From Candidatus Hydrothermarchaeales archaeon (GTDB taxonomy: Archaea > Hydrothermarchaeota > Hydrothermarchaeia > Hydrothermarchaeales > JAZGAD01), in assembly GCA_036444275.1 (NCBI GenBank), contig JAZGAD010000058.1:1-14256 (forward strand): DNA of 14,256 nt, given 5' to 3'. The translations under genes and the position numbers were made by a program. Below, piece by piece: positions 1 to 7,473 of this stretch; the first letter of the stretch is position 1; every line of letters begins with the position of its first letter. Under the pieces are notes generated by a model. That model searched no databases, was not told the DNA's origin, and saw only the letters and a program-made list of their open reading frames with translations.

Positions 1-259
1 ACATTTCGAATTTCTTCTTAACGAATATTACTCCTTTCTCCGTAAGAACATAGACTTTTTTATCCCGGTCTCCAGTCTCGTCTATCTTGATCAAGCCGTT
101 TTCTTTGAGTTTCATGAGGAAGGGGTATATCTGACTTGTACTCGGTTTTTTATGTGTATGCTCCTCTATCTCTTTGATTAATTCGTATCCATGTTTGGGG
201 CCCTGGTATAGTAAAAGCAGGCTGTAAAACTTCGTTAGATTCGTAACATCGATCTCCAT
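1..259 (-). CDS. PadR family winged-helix transcriptional regulator (3' end runs off the window)
   Basis: Not in the ORF track. Manual translation from ATG at 259: MEIDVTNLTKFYSLLLLYQGPKHGYELIKEIEEHTHKKPSTSQIYPFLMKLKENGLIKIDETGDRDKKVYVLTEKG..., containing the PadR hallmarks HGYEL, IYPxLxxL and KKVYxLTEKG. Divergent from the 346 operon. Confidence 0.9.
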   Translation of the reverse strand, partial: MEIDVTNLTKFYSLLLLYQGPKHGYELIKEIEEHTHKKPSTSQIYPFLMKLKENGLIKIDETGDRDKKVYVLTEKGVIFVKKKFEM

Positions 260-282
260 TAAACGATAATTGAACCGTAACA

Positions 283-324
283 TTTATATATTTTTTCTTA
301 GATATATCCAAATTAGATATATCT
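283..324. promoter_or_regulatory. Divergent promoter region: TATA-like box and candidate operator
   Basis: TTTATATA at 283-290. Direct repeat TTAGATATATC at 298-308 and 313-323, each containing the palindrome GATATATC. Confidence 0.6.
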
Positions 325-345
325 TTAACTGAAGAAGGAAGACCT

Positions 346-1464
346 ATGGTCGAGTTAACTGAATCCGAGAAGAAGCTTAGAATCTATCTGGTGGGAGCAT
401 TCTTTATCTTATTCACTATATTCCTCATCGGAATACTCTGGCTGACCCGCAACCCCATGGAGACGGTAACCTATACCCTTTCATATGCCGCTGGCCTCTC
501 GATGATAGTCCTTCCATGCACTTTCCCCTTGGTATTCATAATAGTACCTTTGAGTATGGGAGAAGGATACAAAAAAGGGCTTTCCATGGCCCTGCTCTTC
601 AGTCTAGGGCTCATAATAACGCTCGCCCTATACGGCGTTTTTGTTGCTTGGGGAGGGCAGATTTTTGGCCTGAAGCGAATAACCACGATAATGTACCTCA
701 TAGCTGGCAGTCTCGCGTGGGTCTTCGGGCTGGCGGAGTTGGGACTGATCAGCTTGAAGATACCCACGTATGGGGGGGCTACACCCCAGTTCATCACGAG
801 ACAGGGGGATTACTTGAAAGCCTTGTTCCTAGGGTTATTCTTGGGTAATGCAGGCCTGGCCTGTCCAAACCCTGCGACCTACGTTATACTAACGTACATA
901 GCGGCTTCGGAGAGCCTGGTATATGGCGCAGCCATGCAGGCCGTAAATGGAATAGGGAGGACGGTGCCGCTCATTGCCCTCTCGATCTTGGGGATTCTCG
1001 GTGTAAACGCGACCAACGCCCTCGTTAGGAGAAAGGATATGATTGAAAAGTGGATGGGTTGGGGGCTTGTTTTCGTTGGAGCATTCATCATTGTGTTCGG
1101 CCTTTTCGGGCACCTTTGGTTCCTCAATACGCCGGTTCACGCGGGTTGGACTAGGTGGTTTGGAAGGACAGTAGGTACTGGTGCAGCGGAATATGAGTGC
1201 TGCGTTGAACCTCCCTGCATGGAGTGCCTCAGAACCGATCACTGCGGCGAGGTGGGCAAATGCATCTGCAGGGCCCACGTAGAGGAGGGGGAACTTGAGA
1301 AAGTTTGTAATGAATGTAAAATAGGCCTAGCGCAAGGCAAGGGGATAATCGAAATGGTAGAAAAGACCCAAAATCCTGCCTTTGCCACCCTCGTGGGTTT
1401 GATTGTTCTCCCCATTGGTTGGTACTATCTCAAGAATAGGGGATCAGAAGAGGAGGATAATTAA
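346..1464 (+). CDS. CcdA/DsbD-beta-type transmembrane thiol-disulfide electron transporter with an extra Cys-rich loop and C-terminal TM helix
   Basis: Multi-TM protein with the two CcdA-type Cys motifs (LPCTFPL and GLACPNP), followed by a 9-Cys segment and a final hydrophobic helix. Confidence 0.8.
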   Translation: MVELTESEKKLRIYLVGAFFILFTIFLIGILWLTRNPMETVTYTLSYAAGLSMIVLPCTFPLVFIIVPLSMGEGYKKGLSMALLFSLGLIITLALYGVFVAWGGQIFGLKRITTIMYLIAGSLAWVFGLAELGLISLKIPTYGGATPQFITRQGDYLKALFLGLFLGNAGLACPNPATYVILTYIAASESLVYGAAMQAVNGIGRTVPLIALSILGILGVNATNALVRRKDMIEKWMGWGLVFVGAFIIVFGLFGHLWFLNTPVHAGWTRWFGRTVGTGAAEYECCVEPPCMECLRTDHCGEVGKCICRAHVEEGELEKVCNECKIGLAQGKGIIEMVEKTQNPAFATLVGLIVLPIGWYYLKNRGSEEEDN

Positions 1465-1467
1465 AAA

Positions 1468-2031
1468 ATGAGTAGGAAATCGATAGGCACATTCTTTTTA
1501 GCATTAATGATATCCTTTTCGAGTTTGATTTATGCTGCAAGCTCAGATAAAGAACAAGTAGAATTGGTGGCTTCGGAAGAATTCGATGTAATGGCTGTCA
1601 ATCCAGTTCCCAGAAATCAGCAGTCCATTGGTGTCGGGAAGGAAATCTACGTGAAGAAATGCCTCTCCTGCCATGGGGAGACCGGTACTGGCGATGGGCC
1701 ATTGGCAGAAAGCCTTCCGGAAAAGCTTCCAGACCTGAGAGACATAGAGAGGGTGGGTGGACAGAGGGATGGCGAACTCTTCTTGAAGATCAGTGATGGC
1801 ATGGGCGAAAATATGCCTGCCTACAAAGATGTACTAGAGGAGGAGCAGATATGGCATGCTGTAAATTACATAAGGGCGCTGCCAGAGGAGAAGACCATTG
1901 AATTGACACAAGAGGCAACGGCCGAACCAGAACTAGAAAAAGAGGGGAAATTGAAGTATGTTTTCATTGCATTGGCCTTAATAGTGTTTGCCATAGCTGG
2001 ATATGCGATAAGAAAGAAGTATATGAAGTGA
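1468..2031 (+). CDS. Membrane-anchored monoheme class I cytochrome c
   Basis: N-terminal signal peptide, CLSCH heme motif followed by GETGTGDGP, distal Met in NMPAY, IWHAVNYIR C-terminal helix and a C-terminal TM anchor. Confidence 0.93.
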   Translation: MSRKSIGTFFLALMISFSSLIYAASSDKEQVELVASEEFDVMAVNPVPRNQQSIGVGKEIYVKKCLSCHGETGTGDGPLAESLPEKLPDLRDIERVGGQRDGELFLKISDGMGENMPAYKDVLEEEQIWHAVNYIRALPEEKTIELTQEATAEPELEKEGKLKYVFIALALIVFAIAGYAIRKKYMK

Positions 2032-2035
2032 GAAG

Positions 2036-2149
2036 ATGCTCGACGATAGGATAGTGCTAACAAAACGGAAGCTCATCCTTGGGATGACGTTTATATTCAT
2101 AGCTGGGTACTTGATAGGCCTCTTCATTCATTCCATTCAACGAGTTTGA
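2036..2149 (+). CDS. 37-aa single-pass membrane peptide
   Basis: MLDDRIVLTKRKLILGMTFIFIAGYLIGLFIHSIQRV*. It fills the gap between the cytochrome c and thioredoxin genes, with basic residues followed by one hydrophobic helix. Confidence 0.6.
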   Translation: MLDDRIVLTKRKLILGMTFIFIAGYLIGLFIHSIQRV

Positions 2150-2159
2150 GGTGAGAAAA

Positions 2160-2414
2160 ATGGTTAATGTGAAGGTCCTGACGATGCCTGGGTGTGCTCA
2201 TTGCCCCGAGGCAAAAGAGCTCGTAAACCGGATAAAAAAGGATATGCCTGACCTGGAGGTCGAGATAATAGACGTCTCCGAGCACCCAGAGGTTGCTTTG
2301 AAGTACTCTCTAATGTCTGCCCCGGGGATCGTGATCAACGAGGAACTGGTGTATATTGGGGGGGTCCCCAAGGAGGAAGAACTGCGAGCGCGATTAAAAA
2401 AGGAGGCTGAATAA
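2160..2414 (+). CDS. Small cytoplasmic thioredoxin/glutaredoxin-like protein
   Basis: PGCAHCP active site and cis-Pro segment SAPGIVIN; no signal peptide. GAGGTGA at 2148-2154 favours ATG 2160 over GTG 2151. Confidence 0.88.
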   Translation: MVNVKVLTMPGCAHCPEAKELVNRIKKDMPDLEVEIIDVSEHPEVALKYSLMSAPGIVINEELVYIGGVPKEEELRARLKKEAE

Positions 2415-2415
2415 A

Positions 2416-2637
2416 ATGGAGAAGGTTACACTCAAAATAGAAGGCATGCACTGCGGCGCGTGTGCAAACGGCATCCAGATGATGCTGAGTTACAAGGATG
2501 GCGTTTCAAATGCAGAAGTGAGCTATGAGAAAAAGAAAGGATTAGTGGAATACGACCCGGCGGAGATAAGCATCAATGAGATTGTGAAAACAGTTGCATC
2601 TACTGGTGAATACAGCGCAACGGTAAGTGAAGATTAA
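2416..2637 (+). CDS. copZ: HMA-domain metal chaperone (CopZ/Atx1-like)
   Basis: 73 aa with the IEGMHCGAC metal-binding motif and a typical HMA pattern; GGAGG RBS upstream. Metal specificity is inferred. Confidence 0.85.
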   Translation: MEKVTLKIEGMHCGACANGIQMMLSYKDGVSNAEVSYEKKKGLVEYDPAEISINEIVKTVASTGEYSATVSED

Positions 2638-2660
2638 GAGGATAACAAGGAGGTGAATAA

Positions 2661-2729
2661 ATGAGGATAAAAAAATTAAAGAAGGCGTTGCGCTACGGAG
2701 CCTGCAAGTGCCATAATAGCTGTATGTAG
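2661..2729 (+). other. 22-codon Cys/His-containing ORF or remnant gene start behind a strong RBS
   Basis: GGAGGTGA a few bases upstream of ATG 2661; translation MRIKKLKKALRYGACKCHNSCM*. Confidence 0.3.
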
Positions 2730-2793
2730 ACGGCATTAAGCCCGGCTATCCTCTCTTAATACTTTACTAGTTCGTTCTGGAGGGTACTAGACA

Positions 2794-3933
2794 ATGAAAA
2801 AGGGCACCAACACAGAACACGATGTGGTAATAATCGGAGCGAGCTTCGCTGGCCTCGCCACAGCGTATTTCATAAAAGAAGGGAGAAAGCTTATACTTGA
2901 GAAGCAAGAGGAGCTCGGTAAGGTCCAGCGCTCAACTTGTGGCACAAGTGCCGCATGGGTGGAGAAGCTCGGCTGTGGGAACTCTATCCTCGCAACTTTT
3001 GATCACGTAACTATGCACTCGAGCAGTGGGCACCGAGTAAAAGCGCAGCTTCCAGAGACTTTTTGCACCGTGGACTATAAGGAGTTCTGCAGTTCACTTG
3101 CCAGCGGTCTGAAAGATACAAAGATATCCACCGGCGAGAAGGTATTAGAAGTTAGAGGGGAGGGCCCAAGTGAAGTCATTACAACGAATGATAAATACTT
3201 TGCAAATATCCTGGTGGACTGCAGCGGCTGGAGTGCGATTTCTCAGGCTGATGGTGGACATGTTGGCCTTGTGGAAAGGATGGCACAGGGTATGGAAGCA
3301 GAGACAGGATTTGATGATGATTACGACTCCTTTCACATTTACTATGGCAAGAGGTTTATACCTCATGGATATGGCTGGGCATTCCCGATAGGCGGCGGCA
3401 AGGCCAGAGTGGGTGTCGGAAGTTTCCATGGCAATGAAACGGCTGCGTTTTTCAAGGGATTTATCGAGACATTGGGGCTGCAAGTGAACGGACTCAAACC
3501 CCACGGAGGGCCACTCCCTCTCTTTGGACTGAAACAACCACAGGATAACGGTGTGTTCTATGTCGGTGATTCTCTCTGGCAGGTGTTGCCACTTTCGGGG
3601 GAGGGCATAAGAAAGACCTTTCAATACGCAGAGACATGCGGTAAGTTAATAACAGAGGTTCAAAAGGGGGACTTGAGAAAAAAGGAGGCTCTGGAACGGT
3701 ACAATGGGGAGGTGTTTAAAGCCAGAACATTTTATGATAACATGTATTTCCTCCAGAAGCTTGCGATACGCACTCCAGACTTTGTACGAAATATTATAAT
3801 AAAAGCTCTTTCAAGGTCCGATGGCGCTAGGCTAAAGGGGTTTCTGGAGCTCTATTTAAACGATGGCATTACGCATTCCAGATCAACTATAACCAAGGCG
3901 ATGTTTAAAGCGGTGGTTGCGGGACTTATTTAA
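2794..3933 (+). CDS. FAD-dependent oxidoreductase, geranylgeranyl reductase family
   Basis: DVVIIGASFAG dinucleotide-binding motif, LVDCSG, GYGWAFP, ARVGVG and VGD...PLSGEGI; GGAGG RBS. Confidence 0.85.
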   Translation: MKKGTNTEHDVVIIGASFAGLATAYFIKEGRKLILEKQEELGKVQRSTCGTSAAWVEKLGCGNSILATFDHVTMHSSSGHRVKAQLPETFCTVDYKEFCSSLASGLKDTKISTGEKVLEVRGEGPSEVITTNDKYFANILVDCSGWSAISQADGGHVGLVERMAQGMEAETGFDDDYDSFHIYYGKRFIPHGYGWAFPIGGGKARVGVGSFHGNETAAFFKGFIETLGLQVNGLKPHGGPLPLFGLKQPQDNGVFYVGDSLWQVLPLSGEGIRKTFQYAETCGKLITEVQKGDLRKKEALERYNGEVFKARTFYDNMYFLQKLAIRTPDFVRNIIIKALSRSDGARLKGFLELYLNDGITHSRSTITKAMFKAVVAGLI

Positions 3934-4201
3934 AGAAATGCGCCCTACTGCCTAGCTACAGCGTTATACAAGCGGGTATTTGGAAGCGCAAAGTATCCAA
4001 AAAAGCCCTGAAGCAGATGGCGGGCTACAAGGTCTTCTTCGCCAACGATCTCTCAAGGGCGATTAGCGGGACCATAGATAGACACGAGCTATTTGCTCTC
4101 AGGACGAAAAAGGCAAGCGTTGCCAGGGCATACGCTCATGGAAATCCTGAGCACCAACCCGAATATATTAAGAGAGGCCAGCACCTATCCCTCGCGGAGG
4201 C

Positions 4202-4726
4202 CTAGTATAGTATCCCCATAGTAAGGGACATATACTCCTCCACGATCCTCCTCGAATCCTTATCATCTGTAGCGATCCACGTTACTCTATTTCCATGCCG
4301 ATAATAATAGTTATCCATGTTCATCCCATCAACGTGATATACCGTTTCATCTGCAATCTTTTCTTCCCTAAAATTGTAGAACATCTCAGATTTTTTAATA
4401 TTGAGGTTCATTAAATCGAGCAATTCTTGCGCCCTTTCATTCGAGCCTGATACAGAAACCCAAATATATATTCTTGATCCATCAGAATAGACTGCCGTAT
4501 ACGCGTCTTCGATCTCAAAATCTTGGGGATGGAGACGTTTGACGCTAAACATAGCCGCGTCTCCAGTCTGCATCTGGATTAATTCGAAGTCCAATATTCT
4601 CTCGGGCAAGACCTGATAAGTTTCTGAGGTTTTATCTATGTCTAAATTTTTTGTTTTGTATGTGAAGACTAAAACTAGAGATACGAGTAAGATCGCCGCA
4701 ACGATCACTAGATTAATTTTTTTCAT
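4202..4726 (-). CDS. Exported or N-terminally anchored hypothetical protein
   Basis: Start refined to ATG 4726 (MKKINLVIVAAILLVSLVLVF, a signal anchor), followed by a soluble domain. The 4786 start in the track overlaps an AT-rich promoter-like region. Confidence 0.75.
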   Translation of the reverse strand: MKKINLVIVAAILLVSLVLVFTYKTKNLDIDKTSETYQVLPERILDFELIQMQTGDAAMFSVKRLHPQDFEIEDAYTAVYSDGSRIYIWVSVSGSNERAQELLDLMNLNIKKSEMFYNFREEKIADETVYHVDGMNMDNYYYRHGNRVTWIATDDKDSRRIVEEYMSLTMGILY

Positions 4727-4788
4727 CCTTTTATCCACAGTATATATTTTTAATACACACTTATTTGGTTTTTTCCGCAATCCCACTC

Positions 4789-4834
4789 AATTTGAGATCA
4801 ATTTGGGAATAATTCTGGAAAAAGGCATATAAAT
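4789..4834 (+). promoter_or_regulatory. Triple 11-bp-period repeat followed by BRE/TATA-like element
   Basis: AATTTGAGA (4789), AATTTGGGA (4800), AATTCTGGA (4811), then AAAAG GCATATAAAT. Confidence 0.55.
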
Positions 4835-5040
4835 GATCATAGGGAGCATTGGATATTCCATGAAGGAAAACCTTTCAGACCATGGCCTACTCCAAAAAAG
4901 AAGACTAGGGGATCGGATTGAGAGAATCGAGGGTAGGTGTAAAAAGCTGGGAGAAACTTCCTGAAATTAACTCGTCGGCGTAAGCAACAAAAAGGGACTA
5001 AGTAAGAAAAACCCTAGAACTGATTTGAAGAGTGATAACC

Positions 5041-5253
5041 ATGGATGAACATAAATCGACAAAAGAAGGACACCAGATGGGCCATGACCATAACCACATG
5101 CAGCACATGCTGTTGATGCTAGGGATATTCGTAGTGGTTGATCTCTTGAGTCGAGGGGGTCAAGAGAGAACTTTTGGATATACAATTATTGTTCTAGCAC
5201 CTCTTGTATACATATTGATGAGAGGCATGTTCAAGGAAGGCGGGAAGCATTAA
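5041..5253 (+). CDS. Small His/Met-rich 2-TM membrane protein, DUF2933-like
   Basis: MDEHKSTKEGHQMGHDHNHMQHMLLML..., two hydrophobic segments, and VLAPLVYILMRGM resembling the DUF2933 LxCPLMHxFM motif. GAGTGA RBS before ATG 5041. Confidence 0.6.
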   Translation: MDEHKSTKEGHQMGHDHNHMQHMLLMLGIFVVVDLLSRGGQERTFGYTIIVLAPLVYILMRGMFKEGGKH

Positions 5254-5333
5254 ATACCACGGAAAAGAAGTCCAAGAACACCCAAAAACAAGAGTACTTT
5301 ACATACTGAAATTTAATGACCCCTTAGTTTTGC

Positions 5334-6419
5334 CTATGGTTTGTGATATGCTACGGCTATTTGATGAGGTTCTGAACCGAGATTGATTGTAGCAGACAAA
5401 ATATTGGTGGAGGTATCGAGCACCAAGGTCTTGTTTGAAACCCCCATTAAGTTGACATAGATATACTCCCTACTGGGACTGATAGCCATATAGCCGGGTT
5501 TCTCACCCACCTTGATTGTGTCGATGACCTCGTTGGTAGAGGTATCCAGCACTGAGAGGGTGTTAGACCCTCGGTTAGCCACATAGACCAATCCACCATC
5601 ACGAGTGACTACTATACCATGGGGATCTTCACCCACGTATACCGCCGCCGTCTCCTCATCCGTAGAGGCATCTATAATCGATACGGTTCGAGACCCCGAG
5701 TTTGTCACATAGACATATCTATTGTCAGGGGAGACAGCAACATGGCTGGGCTCAAAACCCACACGTATAGTCGTCACTACCTCATTGGACGATGAATCGA
5801 TAACCGAGATAGAGCGCGATAATTTGTTTGCCACATAGACATACCTGCCGTTGGGGGCGGCTTCCACGTGATAGGGAACTTCGCCAACGTCTATCGTTGT
5901 AGTTACTTCATTGTCGGCTGTACTAATCACAGCTATCTTATTAGAAGACATCACGGTTGCATAGACGTATTCACCATCAGGAGAAACTGCCAAATGATGG
6001 GAATCCATTCCCACGGGTATCTGGGCGACCACCCTCTTGGTAGAGGTATCAACCACTGAAACATTTCCGGATTTTGTACTGCCTACATAGAGATACCTGC
6101 CATCAGGGGTAACAGCTACACCATGGGGATTTCCCCCGACAACTATTGTATCGATTAATTCGTTAGTAGATAAGTTGATCACCGAAACACTGTTAGAGGG
6201 GCCCATTGCAACGTAGGCGATTCCCCCTTGCTTTATCTTATCTATATCTACTTTTGACTTCTCTACCAGTCGATCTTTTCCATCATCTATTACCCCAACC
6301 TCTGGTTGAATGCATCCAGCAAGCACTGCCAGCATAACCAGAGCAACGAGCGATAAAACAAATGCTGTCCCGATTTTATGCGCTAAATCCTCGATCACTT
6401 CGCCAATCTCCTTACGCAT
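5334..6419 (-). CDS. YVTN/YncE-type seven-bladed beta-propeller lipoprotein
   Basis: Lipobox LAGC after a hydrophobic stretch; seven repeats of IxVGxxPxxxAVSPDGxxVYVxN; GGTGA RBS. Confidence 0.9.
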   Translation of the reverse strand: MRKEIGEVIEDLAHKIGTAFVLSLVALVMLAVLAGCIQPEVGVIDDGKDRLVEKSKVDIDKIKQGGIAYVAMGPSNSVSVINLSTNELIDTIVVGGNPHGVAVTPDGRYLYVGSTKSGNVSVVDTSTKRVVAQIPVGMDSHHLAVSPDGEYVYATVMSSNKIAVISTADNEVTTTIDVGEVPYHVEAAPNGRYVYVANKLSRSISVIDSSSNEVVTTIRVGFEPSHVAVSPDNRYVYVTNSGSRTVSIIDASTDEETAAVYVGEDPHGIVVTRDGGLVYVANRGSNTLSVLDTSTNEVIDTIKVGEKPGYMAISPSREYIYVNLMGVSNKTLVLDTSTNILSATINLGSEPHQIAVAYHKP

Positions 6420-6542
6420 CGCTATTCACCTAACTGAGTCATAATGAGGTTTACTAAATTAGACGTTATATCACCTTTTTAGGCTTCTGTCCCCAAATTT
6501 CTTACAGCTCTAAAGTTTCTAACCACATTTGGAAAGCCTCTG

Positions 6543-7328
6543 TTAGTATCCCCTACTTTCCATGGGATTGAATATCGGTCTACGGGACGGTATAAACATC
6601 GGCACCTTGTCTTTGTACACTCGATAAGCGTATCCAAATCTTTCCTCCATTTCCTCTTCTTCCTTTTTCGCCAAGTAGTAATAGGCGGCTATTAATAGGG
6701 GTACCATGGCGATTGTAATGATGGTAGGCCACTGGATCAAGAAGCCGAAGATGATCGTTATTAGGCCCAGGTACTGCGGATGGCGGACATAGCTGTAAAC
6801 GCCCTCTGTAACCAGGCTACCCCCAGAGTAGTATACCTTCCGCCAGCCCTTATCCATAAGCAGCAAGCCCGCCAGTATCACAATAGAACTAGCTACCATT
6901 ACCAAAAACCATGCAACCCCCAAGTCTAGTATGCCCAGCTTCGTCAGGAAGACTGCAAAGAGATGCCCTGCCTCGTGTCCATAGGAGAGCTTCGTCCCAG
7001 AAACCGAGGAGATGAGGTAGATAGTCAGGGGAAAGCCATACATCTCGGTGAAGAGCGCGACGAGATATGCCTCGTACAACCCTAGGGAGCGCCACTCCCG
7101 CTTTTTCACCGGCATGAAAAAGCTGAGAACGAAGTAGGAGAACAGTAATATGCTGAAAATGCTCATGCCCCAGTGTCCATAAGCATAGTCCTGTGAGGGC
7201 GTCAGCTCCTCAAGTTCCTCTAGGAGCCCGGGTTTCAATAAGGAGGCCATAGAAGAGAGGATGACAAGGACTAGACCCGTTGCAAAGATAACTGTCACCA
7301 TATTTTGAATAGCCAGTCTGCGTTTCAT
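6543..7328 (-). CDS. Isoprenylcysteine carboxyl methyltransferase (ICMT/PEMT) family membrane protein
   Basis: LVTEGVYSYVRHPQYLG, EEEEMEERFG and YRVYKDKVPMFIP motifs. ALFTEMYGFPLTIY is characteristic of the subfamily often found in copper-resistance clusters. Confidence 0.88.
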   Translation of the reverse strand: MKRRLAIQNMVTVIFATGLVLVILSSMASLLKPGLLEELEELTPSQDYAYGHWGMSIFSILLFSYFVLSFFMPVKKREWRSLGLYEAYLVALFTEMYGFPLTIYLISSVSGTKLSYGHEAGHLFAVFLTKLGILDLGVAWFLVMVASSIVILAGLLLMDKGWRKVYYSGGSLVTEGVYSYVRHPQYLGLITIIFGFLIQWPTIITIAMVPLLIAAYYYLAKKEEEEMEERFGYAYRVYKDKVPMFIPSRRPIFNPMESRGY

Positions 7329-7345
7329 TTTCTCAGACCCAAGAT

Positions 7346-7361
7346 AGGGTCATATGACCCT
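7346..7361. promoter_or_regulatory. Perfect 16-bp palindrome, candidate operator
   Basis: AGGGTCATATGACCCT is its own reverse complement and lies about 18 bp upstream of the ICMT gene start. Confidence 0.45.
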
Positions 7362-7473
7362 CTACCTTTTTACCGGTACTGTTCTTCTCCCGTTTTCTCG
7401 GATTCTTTGATCGTCTCCACATATTTGTCTCACCGCGTATTCCGGCAGCCCGGTGAAAGAAGGCTATCAATAA

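Noticed and set aside
1210-1320. Cys-rich loop as a multiheme cytochrome
   Set aside because: The motifs are CMECL and CNECK; there is no CxxCH.
3934-4205. 62-aa ORF 4017..4205 and its open upstream frame
   Set aside because: No RBS or recognisable motif, and it lies between convergent genes. It may be a decayed fragment, but no call can be supported.
4727-4786. N-terminal extension of ORF 4202..4786
   Set aside because: A non-ATG start in AT-rich promoter-like DNA; the signal anchor begins at ATG 4726.
4833-4964. Short plus-strand ORF (MIIGSIGYSMKENLSDHG...) after the TATA-like box
   Set aside because: No recognisable features, and the first ATG overlaps the promoter element.
5334-6419. 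Propeller as cytochrome cd1 nitrite reductase or NosZ
   Set aside because: No CxxCH domain, no CuA domain and only seven simple YVTN blades.
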